A stretch of 32,000 bases of DNA from Candidatus Nanohalobium constans (GCF_009617975.1 NZ_CP040089.1:720001-752000), one strand, 5' to 3'. Positions 9,003 to 20,169 are shown, numbered from the stretch's first letter. Notes: a model not told the origin generated them from the sequence alone. Numbers and translations: made by a program.

Positions 9003-10117
9003 TGGCAGAAAAACTACACTGGAAAGACAGGACAGAAGAACTTCCTCCAAAGTACCGGAAACTGGGCTTGACAGGAGAGACAAGAGAAAAAATCGAAGAA
9101 AGATACGAACAGATGCAATACGAACCCGGTGAATCTATCGGAATCGTCGCTGCACAGTCTCTTGCAGAGCCAGCTACACAGCTTACGATGGAGACATACC
9201 ACGAAGCAGGAGGAGCACAGGTAAGCCTTACCGCAGGACTTCCAAGACTTATCGAGATTGTAGACGCTAGAAGAGAGCCAAAGACACCGGCGATGGATGT
9301 CTACCTAGCTGAAGACTTCAACGATGAAGAAGGTGCCAAGGAAGTAGCACGGAAACTGCGTGAGATCAAGTTCGAGGATCTGGTCAAACAGGATACACTT
9401 GACATCATGCAGCTGGAAGTAGAATATGTTCTCAACGAGGATCTGCTTGAGGACTACGATGTTGACATGGAAGATGTCAAGCAGAGAGTCAAAGAAGATG
9501 TCAGAAAAGCCAAGATCAGGATTGAAGGCAACAAGATCATCTTGACCTCTTCAGAAGATGACTACGACCTAAGAGACCTGAAGGATCTGAAGAACGATAC
9601 AGAAGAAGCAAGAATCAAAGGACTAAAGGGAATCGAACAGGTTGTTATTAACGAAGATGACGGTGACTGGCAGCTTCAGACAGCCGGCACAGCACTGAGA
9701 AAAACTTTGAAGATGAAGGAAGTGGACGACACAAGAACCACATCCAACCACCTATTCGAGGTTAAGAGAGTTCTAGGGGTCGAAGCCTTGCGTAGAAAGA
9801 TTATCGATGAGACCAATGCTACACTGGAGAAGCAGGGAATTGGTATCGATGATAGACATATCATGCTTCTTGCAGACATGATGACCAAGGACGGAGAACT
9901 CGAAGGAACAACCCGTTACGGAATCGTTGGCGACAAGGAATCGCTCTTGGCACGAGCTGTCTTCGAAGAGACGAAGAAGCACTTGCGTGAAGGAACTCTT
10001 AGAGGCGAGACAGATCCTCTTGACGGAGTGGTCGAAAACATTGTCACAGGTCAGCCCGTTCCAATGGGTACCGGCAATGTCGAGTTAAAACCTAAATTTG
10101 GCGAGGAGGGTCAATAA
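9002..10117 (+). CDS. rpoA2: DNA-directed RNA polymerase subunit A'' (Rpo1C)
   Basis: 371 aa. Trigger-loop region AAQSLAEPATQLTMETYHEAGG and the conserved C-terminal GVVENIVTGQPVPMGTG. Confidence 0.95.
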   Translation: MAEKLHWKDRTEELPPKYRKLGLTGETREKIEERYEQMQYEPGESIGIVAAQSLAEPATQLTMETYHEAGGAQVSLTAGLPRLIEIVDARREPKTPAMDVYLAEDFNDEEGAKEVARKLREIKFEDLVKQDTLDIMQLEVEYVLNEDLLEDYDVDMEDVKQRVKEDVRKAKIRIEGNKIILTSSEDDYDLRDLKDLKNDTEEARIKGLKGIEQVVINEDDGDWQLQTAGTALRKTLKMKEVDDTRTTSNHLFEVKRVLGVEALRRKIIDETNATLEKQGIGIDDRHIMLLADMMTKDGELEGTTRYGIVGDKESLLARAVFEETKKHLREGTLRGETDPLDGVVENIVTGQPVPMGTGNVELKPKFGEEGQ

Positions 10118-10196
10118 CCTCCAACCCTTTATAAAACCTAGGGACAATTTAACAATTACAGAGCACAGATTTTCTTACACTAGCGTGATCAAATAA

Positions 10197-10619
10197 ATGG
10201 CAACAGCAACCTACGACACAGAAATGATTAGAACACTAAGCATGTTCGAATCACTCACAGATGTAGAAGCCAGAGACTGCATGATGAAGGAAGATGAAGC
10301 ATACTTCATCGTACCAGAAGGAAAAGCAGGAATGGCAATCGGAAAAGGCGGAAAAGTAGTCAAAAAAGTACAGAACCAACTAGGCAAAAATGTCAAGATA
10401 TTTGAATACAAAGACAACCTAGGAGCATTCGTAAACAACCTAGTAAGCGTCGATATCAGAAGCCTAGACATACAAGACACAGAAGACGGTAAAACAGTCG
10501 AAATCAATGTCTCAAACGACAACAAAGGACAACTAGTCGGAAGAGACGGAGAAAACATCGACTCAATCAGAGACATCCTGAAAAGGACGCACAATGTCAA
10601 CGAAGTAACCGTCAAGTAA
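10197..10619 (+). CDS. nusA: Archaeal NusA-like transcription factor (two KH domains)
   Basis: 140 aa. KH GxxG-type motifs AIGKGGKVVKKV and LVGRDGENIDSI. Canonical position downstream of rpoA''. Confidence 0.85.
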   Translation: MATATYDTEMIRTLSMFESLTDVEARDCMMKEDEAYFIVPEGKAGMAIGKGGKVVKKVQNQLGKNVKIFEYKDNLGAFVNNLVSVDIRSLDIQDTEDGKTVEINVSNDNKGQLVGRDGENIDSIRDILKRTHNVNEVTVK

Positions 10620-10672
10620 GCAACACATTTTCTTCCAAGTATTCTTATTCCAGCATCTCAAACAGTCTTTCT

Positions 10673-12250
10673 GTGAGACATCCAAAACAAGAACTACAGA
10701 ACCTCGAAAGATTCGAGGAGATACTCCAGATAATAGTTAGAAATGGAGCAGGACACCTTCTTACAGAAACCAAACTAATCAAACACCTCCCTCTTTCTCA
10801 CCGTTTGAAGGCTAGGAGACAGTCAAGACCAGGACCTGAAGCCCTCAGAGAAACACTGGAAGAGTTAGGCACCACATTCATCAAGTTTGGGCAGGTCCTC
10901 GCAGAAAGACCAGACATACTGCCAAGAAAATACACAGAAGAATTAAGCAAACTTCAGGACCATGCACCAGAATTCAACAATGAGAAAGCCCACAGAATAA
11001 TAGAAGAGGAAATAGGAACAGAAAAATTCCAGAACATCGAAGAAGAACCTATCGCCTCAGCATCAATTGCACAGGTCTACAAAGCCACCCTAAACTCCGG
11101 CGAAGAAGTAGTAATCAAAGTCAGAAGACCTGAAATAAAAGACAAGGTTGAAACCGATCTACAGATAATAGACTATCTGGCCAGGAAAGCAGAGAAACAC
11201 TCCAAAAGACTCTCAGACATGCATATACATGACTTTACCAAGGAGTTTTCTAACTGGACTAGAGAAGAAATGGATTTCAAGAAGGAAGCAGTGAATGCCC
11301 AGACATTCCGCAACAACATGGAACAGATGGATGGAGTAACAGCACCCAAGACATATCCAGAACTCAACACTGAGAAAGTAATTGTACTTGAGTACATCGA
11401 CGGAGTAAAATGCACAGATGAGGAAAAATTGGATGAATGGGATATAGATGCTAAAGAAATCGCGGAGACAGCTATCGAAGCCGGAATAAAACAGTCGATG
11501 CGGGACGGATTCTTCCACGCCGACCCACACCCATCAAACTTCCTGATAACCAAGGAAGAAAAACTGGTCTACCTTGATTTCGGCATGATGGGACAAATTG
11601 ACCAAGAAACACGAGAAACACTAGGGATAATGTTGCTATACTTAATCCGAGAAGATGCAGAAGGAATGGTAGAGTGTTTGGAGAAGATTGGACGAACCAC
11701 CGACGATTATGACAAGGAAAGCGTGAAAGCAGCTGTCAACCAGAAGATAATGGCTGTCAGAAACACGACACTGGAACAGAACAGCATAACACAGGAAATG
11801 TTCAACCTGTTCGTAGAAATAAGTAAACACGGCATCTACATGCCCTCAAGCCTAACACTCCTAGGCAAAAACCTAGTAACTGTAGAAGGAATCGGACTAA
11901 CAATCTACCCGGACTTCAAGATTTCAGACCAGTACGAAGACACCATAAAGGAAGTACTATACGATGAAAACAGTCCCGAGGATATCGGCGAAGACTTAGC
12001 TATCGACCTCATAAACAACAAAGACATGATAAGCAGACTGCCGTCCAAGATAAACTCATACCTAGAAAACAGCAACGAACAAGGCAAACAGGAAATAAGC
12101 ATCAAAAAAGAAAGCACAAATCTACTCCCCGCAGTCTTGATACTCTCCTCCACCCTTCTGATAACAGCTGGAGCAACTATCCAACCACTTCTACTCTACC
12201 CCGGAATAGCGGAACTACTACTAGGGGCATACCTAACAGCAAGGAACTGA
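10673..12250 (+). CDS. ABC1/UbiB-family atypical protein kinase with a C-terminal double TM anchor
   Basis: 525 aa, GTG start. ABC1 signature TFIKFGQVLAERPDILPRKYTEELSKLQDHAPEF, then ASIAQVYKA, FFHADPHPSNF, LDFGMMG. Hydrophobic C-terminus LLPAVLILSSTLLITAG...LLLGAYL. Confidence 0.85.
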   Translation: MRHPKQELQNLERFEEILQIIVRNGAGHLLTETKLIKHLPLSHRLKARRQSRPGPEALRETLEELGTTFIKFGQVLAERPDILPRKYTEELSKLQDHAPEFNNEKAHRIIEEEIGTEKFQNIEEEPIASASIAQVYKATLNSGEEVVIKVRRPEIKDKVETDLQIIDYLARKAEKHSKRLSDMHIHDFTKEFSNWTREEMDFKKEAVNAQTFRNNMEQMDGVTAPKTYPELNTEKVIVLEYIDGVKCTDEEKLDEWDIDAKEIAETAIEAGIKQSMRDGFFHADPHPSNFLITKEEKLVYLDFGMMGQIDQETRETLGIMLLYLIREDAEGMVECLEKIGRTTDDYDKESVKAAVNQKIMAVRNTTLEQNSITQEMFNLFVEISKHGIYMPSSLTLLGKNLVTVEGIGLTIYPDFKISDQYEDTIKEVLYDENSPEDIGEDLAIDLINNKDMISRLPSKINSYLENSNEQGKQEISIKKESTNLLPAVLILSSTLLITAGATIQPLLLYPGIAELLLGAYLTARN

Positions 12251-12266
12251 GAATTGATTAACCGGG

Positions 12267-12274
12267 TATAAAAA
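12267..12274 (+). promoter_or_regulatory. TATA-box-like element for rps12-rps7 (leaderless or near-leaderless transcript)
   Basis: tataaaaa is centred about 27 nt upstream of the rps12 ATG (12297). No Shine-Dalgarno lies in between. Confidence 0.5.
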
Positions 12275-12296
12275 ACTTAAGTTATCTAGTTGGGAT

Positions 12297-12719
12297 ATGG
12301 GATTGTACAACGCACGGAAAATGCGGAAAAAGCGGCAGAGTTACCGCTGGAGCGACAAAGACTATAAACGAAGAATGCTCAACCTGAAGGAAAAAGCAGA
12401 TCCACTAGAAGGATCACCACAGGGACGAGGAATCGTACTAGAAAAAAGAATAATCGAGGCAAAACAGCCTAACTCCGCACTGCGTAAATGTGTGCGTGTA
12501 CAACTTCTTAAAAACGGTAAACAGTTGACAGCATTTGTTCCAGGAGACGGAGCAATCGATCACATCGACGAGCACGACGAAGTAATGATTGAAGGAATCG
12601 GTGGAGCAGACTCCGGACCAAAAGGAGACATTCCAACCGTCCGATACAAAGTAATCAAAGTAAACGGTGTCAGCCTAAAAGAACTAGTTGCTGGAAACCA
12701 GCAGAAACCAACACGGTGA
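12297..12719 (+). CDS. rps12: 30S ribosomal protein uS12 (S12)
   Basis: 140 aa. [28 protein letters not shown]...[18 protein letters not shown] is the S12/S23 signature. Confidence 0.95.
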   Translation: MGLYNARKMRKKRQSYRWSDKDYKRRMLNLKEKADPLEGSPQGRGIVLEKRIIEAKQPNSALRKCVRVQLLKNGKQLTAFVPGDGAIDHIDEHDEVMIEGIGGADSGPKGDIPTVRYKVIKVNGVSLKELVAGNQQKPTR

Positions 12720-12726
12720 TCATAAA

Positions 12727-13353
12727 ATGAGCAATCCAGCAAAAATAGAAGTAGAAGACAAAGTACTCACATTCGGAAAATACGACGCAGAAGAAGTAGA
12801 AATCGGCGACGACGGACTAGTAAGGTACATCAACCTAGAAAACATCCTCTCACCGAGAAGCAAAGGAAGACATACTGAAAGACAGTTCTACAAAGCAGAA
12901 GTACCAATCACAGAGCGGCTGCTAACTCACATGTATGTAGCCGGTCACAGAGGAAACAAACACTACATCACATCCGGTAAAAACACCGGAAAAAGTGAGA
13001 AACTCTGGAATATAATCGAAGAAGTCTTCGACAACATCTACGAGCAGACCGATGAGAACCCAATCCAGGTACTCGTAGATGCTATTGAGAACTCTGCACC
13101 CGTAGAGGAAGTAGTTACCTACCAGAGAGGAGGAGCACGAGCAAGAAAAGCAGTCATCATGGCTCCTCAGAGAAGAGTAGATGTAGCGCTAAGACTACTC
13201 GTCCAAGGAGCATACGAAAAACGACTAGCAGAAAGCGAAGACGCAGTCGAGACTTTGACTAACGAACTAATCGGTGCAGCAGACGGCAACAACGAAATAA
13301 GAGCCGTCAGAACCAAAGAGCGTAAAGAAAGAGAAGCAGAAGGCGCACGATAA
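12727..13353 (+). CDS. rps7: 30S ribosomal protein uS7 (S7)
   Basis: The ORF-track frame opens at 12688, inside rps12. The ATG at 12727 has GGTGA 7 nt upstream and gives a normal 208-aa protein. S7 C-terminal signature present: IENSAPVEEVVTYQRGGARARKAV. Confidence 0.93.
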   Translation: MSNPAKIEVEDKVLTFGKYDAEEVEIGDDGLVRYINLENILSPRSKGRHTERQFYKAEVPITERLLTHMYVAGHRGNKHYITSGKNTGKSEKLWNIIEEVFDNIYEQTDENPIQVLVDAIENSAPVEEVVTYQRGGARARKAVIMAPQRRVDVALRLLVQGAYEKRLAESEDAVETLTNELIGAADGNNEIRAVRTKERKEREAEGAR

Positions 13354-13393
13354 GACCTGCTCTTTTATTTCCTTCATTCCTTTCTACTACTTA

Positions 13394-13702
13394 ATGAGTT
13401 CCGAGATTAGATTCTGCCCCAACTGTGGTTCAACGAAAGTTGAGCCTGATAGCAGTAGAACAAACATGATTGGTGGAATCATCTCAAAAAGCGATCAATG
13501 GCTCTGCAGAGAATGTGAATATCGCGGGATGATACCTAAATCTGCGCCAGAGAAGATTAAGGAAAATTCGGGGGAAATTAAATTTGAGAACACCAGTAAC
13601 TCCGAAATTGAGGCAAGCACTAGTAGAGCATACTTCAGATACTTTCTCTATGTTGGACTACCATTAAGCCTTGTTTACCTCATAACAAAGCTGATATTCT
13701 GA
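13394..13702 (+). CDS. Zinc-ribbon protein with a C-terminal TM helix (hypothetical)
   Basis: 102 aa. CPNCG...CRECEY forms a four-Cys ribbon. C-terminal hydrophobic segment YFRYFLYVGLPLSLVYLITKLIF. Confidence 0.55.
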   Translation: MSSEIRFCPNCGSTKVEPDSSRTNMIGGIISKSDQWLCRECEYRGMIPKSAPEKIKENSGEIKFENTSNSEIEASTSRAYFRYFLYVGLPLSLVYLITKLIF

Positions 13703-13782
13703 AGAAAACGACCTATGGCTAAAGCCTTTTTTAAATCTTGCAAGAGGATTTCTAGTTATAAACCAATTGGTGAATTTCGAAA

Positions 13783-15969
<2,187 letters not shown>

Positions 15970-16062
15970 CATTTTCCTCCCTCATTTTTTCATTTTCAAT
16001 TCTACATTCTATTCAGACTACAATGTTGCAAATCGATCCAAACTACCCAACTTATTTCAATC

Positions 16063-16079
16063 TACACACATAGTGTGTA
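16063..16079. promoter_or_regulatory. Perfect 7-3-7 palindrome (TACACAC ATA GTGTGTA), candidate VapB operator
   Basis: Ends 4 nt before the vapB ATG. A TATA-like ttatttca (about 16052-16059) lies about 27 nt upstream of the ATG. Type II antitoxins commonly autoregulate through promoter-overlapping palindromes. Confidence 0.45.
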
Positions 16080-16082
16080 TGT

Positions 16083-16322
16083 ATGGCGACTAGAAATATC
16101 TCCCTTGATGACGAGGCTTACAGCAGGTTGAAGAAACTGAAGAGTGAAGGAGAAAGCTTTTCGGACGTAGTTAAGAATGTGACGAGTGAAAAGTCCTGGC
16201 TGGAAGTAGCTGGCATCTGGGAAAACGAGACAGAGGAAATTAGAGAAGCTGTAGAAGAAGGTAGACAGAGATCAAGAGGTAGAAGCGACAGGATAGCGGA
16301 GAAGCTAAGTGATGAAGAGTGA
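16083..16322 (+). CDS. vapB: VapB-type antitoxin (DUF217-like)
   Basis: 79 aa. The N-terminus NISLDDEAYSRLKKLKSEGESFSDVVKNV matches the archaeal VapB/DUF217 pattern. Its stop overlaps the start of the downstream PIN gene (GTGA). Confidence 0.75.
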   Translation: MATRNISLDDEAYSRLKKLKSEGESFSDVVKNVTSEKSWLEVAGIWENETEEIREAVEEGRQRSRGRSDRIAEKLSDEE

Positions 16323-16708
16323 TCCAGGACACCTCATTCATTATAGAACTTCTGGACGGCAACAAGGCAGCAATTAACAAATTAAAGAATCTAAAAGGCG
16401 AACCGGAGAAGATATCCTCAGTTACGGTTCTGGAACTTCACGAAGGAGTTGCTAGATCCAGTAAGCCGGAAAAAGAGAGAAAGCAGGTGCTGAACGTACT
16501 TAACTCCAAGAACATTATCCAGGCGGACAGAAAAGTGATGAAGAAGGCAGGGGAGATATCCGGAAACCTTGCCAATAAAGGAGAAAGAATCGACAGAGAG
16601 GACTGCATAATAGCCGCCACAGCACTGCTCGAACAGGACCCAGTAGTAACCACAAACACGAAACACTTCGAAAGAATAGAAAACCTGGAGATAGAACCCA
16701 TAAAATAG
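16319..16708 (+). CDS. vapC: PIN-domain ribonuclease toxin VapC
   Basis: 129 aa, GTG start. Conserved acidic residues at the expected positions: QDTSFII, VLELHEG, REDCIIAATA, VVTTNTKHF. Confidence 0.85.
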   Translation: MIQDTSFIIELLDGNKAAINKLKNLKGEPEKISSVTVLELHEGVARSSKPEKERKQVLNVLNSKNIIQADRKVMKKAGEISGNLANKGERIDREDCIIAATALLEQDPVVTTNTKHFERIENLEIEPIK

Positions 16709-16718
16709 AGCATAGTCT

Positions 16719-16862
16719 ATGAACTTAGAGGAGACAGATGAAGAAAACCTGGAAGAGCGGCTAAAGGAAGGCTACAAAGCCACAGCAGAGCGAGACAGAA
16801 AGATAGCAGAAGAGATGATACACGTCTCAATCGAAGCGAACAGATACATAGACCAAGAATAA
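16719..16862 (+). CDS. 47-aa acidic ORF, possibly the remnant C-terminal half of an antitoxin
   Basis: Read by hand: MNLEETDEENLEERLKEGYKATAERDRKIAEEMIHVSIEANRYIDQE. Starts 10 nt after the vapC stop. The LKEGYxxxAE pattern recalls C-terminal tails of archaeal CopG-type antitoxins. No RHH N-terminus is present. Confidence 0.2.
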   Translation: MNLEETDEENLEERLKEGYKATAERDRKIAEEMIHVSIEANRYIDQE

Positions 16863-16885
16863 TTTTTTTACTCTTCTACTTTACT

Positions 16886-17101
16886 CTAAGATTCAGCATC
16901 CTCAACATTAACATCCTTCAAAACATCTTCCAACTTTTCTCCAATTCTGCCCTCGATACCTCTTGTATCAAACTCTCTTTCAACCATCTTCAAACGCAAG
17001 GCATCACGCAAAAGCTCAGACTTCGAGTTATAACGCCCACGCTCAACCTCTTCCTCAACAAAACGTTCAAGCTCCTCAGGCAGTTCAGTACTTACAGCCA
17101 T
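16886..17101 (-). CDS. Ribbon-helix-helix (CopG/ParD-type) antitoxin-like protein with no adjacent toxin
   Basis: From the ATG at 17101: MAVSTELPEELERFVEEEVERGRYNSKSELLRDALRLKMVERE. This matches the ParD/COG3609 RHH pattern. The ORF-track start at 17107 is a TTG. Confidence 0.7.
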   Translation of the reverse strand: MAVSTELPEELERFVEEEVERGRYNSKSELLRDALRLKMVEREFDTRGIEGRIGEKLEDVLKDVNVEDAES

Positions 17102-17193
17102 AACCAATAACTATTATTGAAAACTAAAGAAAGTTTCCACCAGACAAGACCAAAAACACAAACTTTTATAACTAAAAAGTGACAAATTAATGT

Positions 17194-17655
17194 ATGTTCA
17201 ATTGGAGAGATAAAATACCCTATCTCGGTTCAACAAAAACAGAAGATGAACTCCTTACAGAAGGATTCATGAGATCTGAAGAAACTGCTCAAGATATAAA
17301 TACGGCACGACCATCAACCAGCCAAGGAAGTAATGAACAAGATGTAGACCCTATCTATGTGGAAAACGATGAAGTATCCCACTATTTTGCAAAAGAGATT
17401 CATCAAGGACAAGACTTTCCTGGAGAAAATCCAGAAGCCTTACTTTCAAGAACTAGAGCTGTAGCAGAGGATAAAGACCACGAACTTACCGAAGATTCGA
17501 TAGACAGAGTACTTGAGTGCTATGATACAAAGGACGAGTACATAGAAGCAGCATTAGAAAATGAAGATGACTCTTACAGATCAAGAATAGACGACGCTTA
17601 TCCAGAAATACCTTCCTCACAGGAATTAGGAGAAAGAAGGTCAGACCCAGAATAA
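17194..17655 (+). CDS. Acidic hypothetical protein (153 aa)
   Basis: ORF track. TATA-like ttttataa (17164-17171) lies about 26 nt upstream of the ATG. No recognisable domain. Confidence 0.45.
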   Translation: MFNWRDKIPYLGSTKTEDELLTEGFMRSEETAQDINTARPSTSQGSNEQDVDPIYVENDEVSHYFAKEIHQGQDFPGENPEALLSRTRAVAEDKDHELTEDSIDRVLECYDTKDEYIEAALENEDDSYRSRIDDAYPEIPSSQELGERRSDPE

Positions 17656-17739
17656 GAAACTTTACAATCTCAACCACCGGTCCTTTTTAAAGTTTTAGCG
17701 GGTTATCGGTTATTATACGCTATAGGTGAAACCTTAATT

Positions 17740-19023
17740 ATGGCAGACAAACCACACATTAATCTCGTATTTATCGGACACGTTGACCACGGAAAGTCTA
17801 CTACAATCGGTAGAGTTCTGTGGGATACTGAAAACCTTCCAGAAGAAGAGATGCGCAAGCTTGAGGAGGCTGCTGAAGAAGCAGGAAAAGAAAGCTTCAA
17901 CTTCGCATTCGCAATGGACAGCCTTGAAGAAGAGCGTGAAAGAGGAGTTACAATCGACCTGGCTCACCAGGAATTCGATTCTGACAACTACCACTTCACA
18001 ATCATCGACGCTCCAGGGCACCGTGACTTCATCAAAAACATGATAACAGGAGCTTCCCAGGCAGACGCAGCAGTACTCGTAGTAGCTGCAGACGACGGAA
18101 TCCAGCCACAGACCAAGGAACACGCATACCTTGCAAAGACACTGGGAATCGACCAGCTAGCAGTCGCAGTCAACAAGATGGACCTTGCTGACTACGGAGA
18201 AGACGGTTACAACGACATCAAAGACGAAGTTTCCGAAATGATCCAGCAGGTCGGATACGACACAAGTGACATCGACTTCGTACCTATCTCCGCATTTGAC
18301 GGAGAAGGAGTAGTAGAAAACAACGAAATGGACTGGTACAGTGGTCCAACACTAGTCGACGCACTAGACGACTTCGAAGAACCTGAAAAGGCAATCGAAC
18401 TATCAACAAGAATCCCTGTCCAAGATGTATACACAATCTCCGGTATCGGAGCAGTATCCGTCGGAAGAGTAGAGACAGGAGACCTTTCACAGGGAGACGA
18501 CATCGTCTTCCAGCCAGCAAGTGACAGACTCAACCGAAACATCGGTGGAGAAGTCAAGACAATCGAAATGCACCACGAAGAAGTAGAAAGTGCAGAACCT
18601 GGCGACAACATCGGATGGAACACAAGAGGAGTCGGAGAAGACGACATCAAGAAAGGAGATGTCGCAGGACCAGCAGACAACCCACCAACAGTCGTAGATT
18701 CATTCAAGGCACAAGTCATCGTCCTAAACCACCCGAATGTCATCAGCGAAGGATACACACCAGTATTCCACGTTAACACAGCACAAGTCAGCTGTACATT
18801 CACAGATCTTCACGAGACAATGAATCCAAAGACAGGAGAGACACTCGAAGAAGACCCAGACTACATCAAACAGGGTCAGGCAGCAAAGGTAACAATCACA
18901 CCACAGCAGCCACTAGTCATCGAAGAAAACGACGACATCCCACAGATGGCACGATTCGCTATCAGAGACATGGGACAGACAGTCGGTGCAGGACAAGCAC
19001 TAGAAGTCAACGAGAAGGAATAA
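17740..19023 (+). CDS. tuf: Translation elongation factor 1-alpha (aEF-1A)
   Basis: 427 aa. GHVDHGKST, DAPGHRDF, NKMD. AGGTGA Shine-Dalgarno 12 nt upstream. Confidence 0.95.
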   Translation: MADKPHINLVFIGHVDHGKSTTIGRVLWDTENLPEEEMRKLEEAAEEAGKESFNFAFAMDSLEEERERGVTIDLAHQEFDSDNYHFTIIDAPGHRDFIKNMITGASQADAAVLVVAADDGIQPQTKEHAYLAKTLGIDQLAVAVNKMDLADYGEDGYNDIKDEVSEMIQQVGYDTSDIDFVPISAFDGEGVVENNEMDWYSGPTLVDALDDFEEPEKAIELSTRIPVQDVYTISGIGAVSVGRVETGDLSQGDDIVFQPASDRLNRNIGGEVKTIEMHHEEVESAEPGDNIGWNTRGVGEDDIKKGDVAGPADNPPTVVDSFKAQVIVLNHPNVISEGYTPVFHVNTAQVSCTFTDLHETMNPKTGETLEEDPDYIKQGQAAKVTITPQQPLVIEENDDIPQMARFAIRDMGQTVGAGQALEVNEKE

Positions 19024-19086
19024 ATTTCTTTCTCTCTTACCTTCTTTACTTATCTCACTATCTCATTCTCTACACTTATCCCAGCA

Positions 19087-19094
19087 TTTAAATA
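19087..19094 (+). promoter_or_regulatory. TATA-box-like element for the 19118 ORF
   Basis: tttaaata is centred about 28 nt upstream of the ATG at 19118. Confidence 0.4.
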
Positions 19095-19117
19095 TTGTCA
19101 CTACTAATACATAACAT

Positions 19118-19819
19118 ATGATTAATCTATTTGGTGAAGAACAAACCTCGCCAGATAGCAACTGGACGAAAGAATTTTTTACCGAAGATAGAATAGAAGA
19201 AACATTGGAGGAGGCTATCTCCCAAATTGAACAACCTCCTGCTCAGCCTAGACTTTACAGACTGCTCAACACATTGAGCAGATTTGGATATAGCTCTGAA
19301 AACTTGACAACTCTTTTGTCTCAGAGCCGAGCTGGCGATAAACAAGATAAGTTCGCCATCAAATACTTTGATTCTGAAAAAACCGAAATATTAGACTATG
19401 AAACGGCTAGAATTCAGAAAGATATAATAATAGACAACTCGGAAGAAGTCAACATAGGAGTAGAAGACAAAAGAGACAACCCTTTTCTCACTATTGGTTT
19501 AAGAGGAAAATACTGCAATCCTGCTGGACCTGATATTTCTTATGAACAGAGAAAGAGAATAGCCAATGAAATCGCTCAAGAAGAAGGCGTGTTACCAAAA
19601 GAAATCTTAGACGGCGCTCCAATATCTGATCGTATAGAATATGATGGAGAAAGGGAATATGAGACCACAATTATTGGACAAAGTCCATACTATGATTTTA
19701 TAGATCCTGAAAACCCTAGTATGCCAAAGGAAGAGGAGGATAAAGATAACTTTTACGATGCTACCTTGAATGACTCTACTAGAGATATAGATAGGGAACT
19801 TCAGAGAGAACGAGAATAA
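19118..19819 (+). CDS. Acidic hypothetical protein (233 aa) inserted between tuf and rps10
   Basis: ORF track. It has its own TATA-like element, is AT-richer than its neighbours, and has no recognisable domain. Confidence 0.5.
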   Translation: MINLFGEEQTSPDSNWTKEFFTEDRIEETLEEAISQIEQPPAQPRLYRLLNTLSRFGYSSENLTTLLSQSRAGDKQDKFAIKYFDSEKTEILDYETARIQKDIIIDNSEEVNIGVEDKRDNPFLTIGLRGKYCNPAGPDISYEQRKRIANEIAQEEGVLPKEILDGAPISDRIEYDGEREYETTIIGQSPYYDFIDPENPSMPKEEEDKDNFYDATLNDSTRDIDRELQRERE

Positions 19820-19829
19820 TCTAACACCA

Positions 19830-19837
19830 TTTATAAT
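19830..19837 (+). promoter_or_regulatory. TATA-box-like element for rps10
   Basis: tttataat is centred about 27 nt upstream of the rps10 ATG (19861). Confidence 0.45.
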
Positions 19838-19860
19838 AGTTAACTTCAGTATGTTTTGAT

Positions 19861-20169
19861 ATGCAGCAGGCGCGTGTAAAGCTTAGAAGCACTAGTCAGG
19901 AAAAAGTTGATGACCTGGCAGAAGAAATTGTAGAGATTGGCGATGAGTACGAAGCCGAGATTTCAGGACCAGTACCGTTGCCTACAAAGAACATGAACAT
20001 CACAACCAGAAAAGCTCCTGACGGAGAAGGAAGCAGCACTATTGAAAGATACGAGATGCATGTTCACAAGAGACTTATTGATGTCAAAGACTCGGAAAGA
20101 GCACTTCGACAGGTCATGCGTGTACATGTACCAGAAGGCGTAGACATTGAAATCGAACTAATGGAATAA
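19861..20169 (+). CDS. rps10: 30S ribosomal protein uS10 (S10)
   Basis: 102 aa. ARVKLRSTSQEKVDDLAEEI...GPVPLPTKNMNITTRKAPDGEGSSTIERYEMHVHKRLIDV is the S10 signature. Confidence 0.95.
   Translation: MQQARVKLRSTSQEKVDDLAEEIVEIGDEYEAEISGPVPLPTKNMNITTRKAPDGEGSSTIERYEMHVHKRLIDVKDSERALRQVMRVHVPEGVDIEIELME

Noticed and set aside
3099-10117. Split rpoB (B''/B') and split rpoA (A'/A'') as a novelty; also the possibility of inteins
   Set aside because: Both splits are standard for Euryarchaeota-like and DPANN lineages. Subunit lengths are normal and no intein-like insertion (Cys/Ser...HN blocks) is visible.
3188-10615. Numerous 60-200-aa Ser/Thr/Pro-rich antisense or off-frame ORFs within the rpo genes and nusA (for example 3188..3592, 5452..5826, 6064..6441, 8341..8925, 10211..10615)
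   Set aside because: They are a by-product of the GAA/GAC/GGA-rich codon usage, which leaves the antisense frames free of stops. None has a motif, and all overlap well-supported core genes.
12688-12726. N-terminal extension of rps7 overlapping rps12
   Set aside because: The ATG at 12727 has a proper GGTGA Shine-Dalgarno and yields a normal-length S7. The 13-aa extension is non-conserved.
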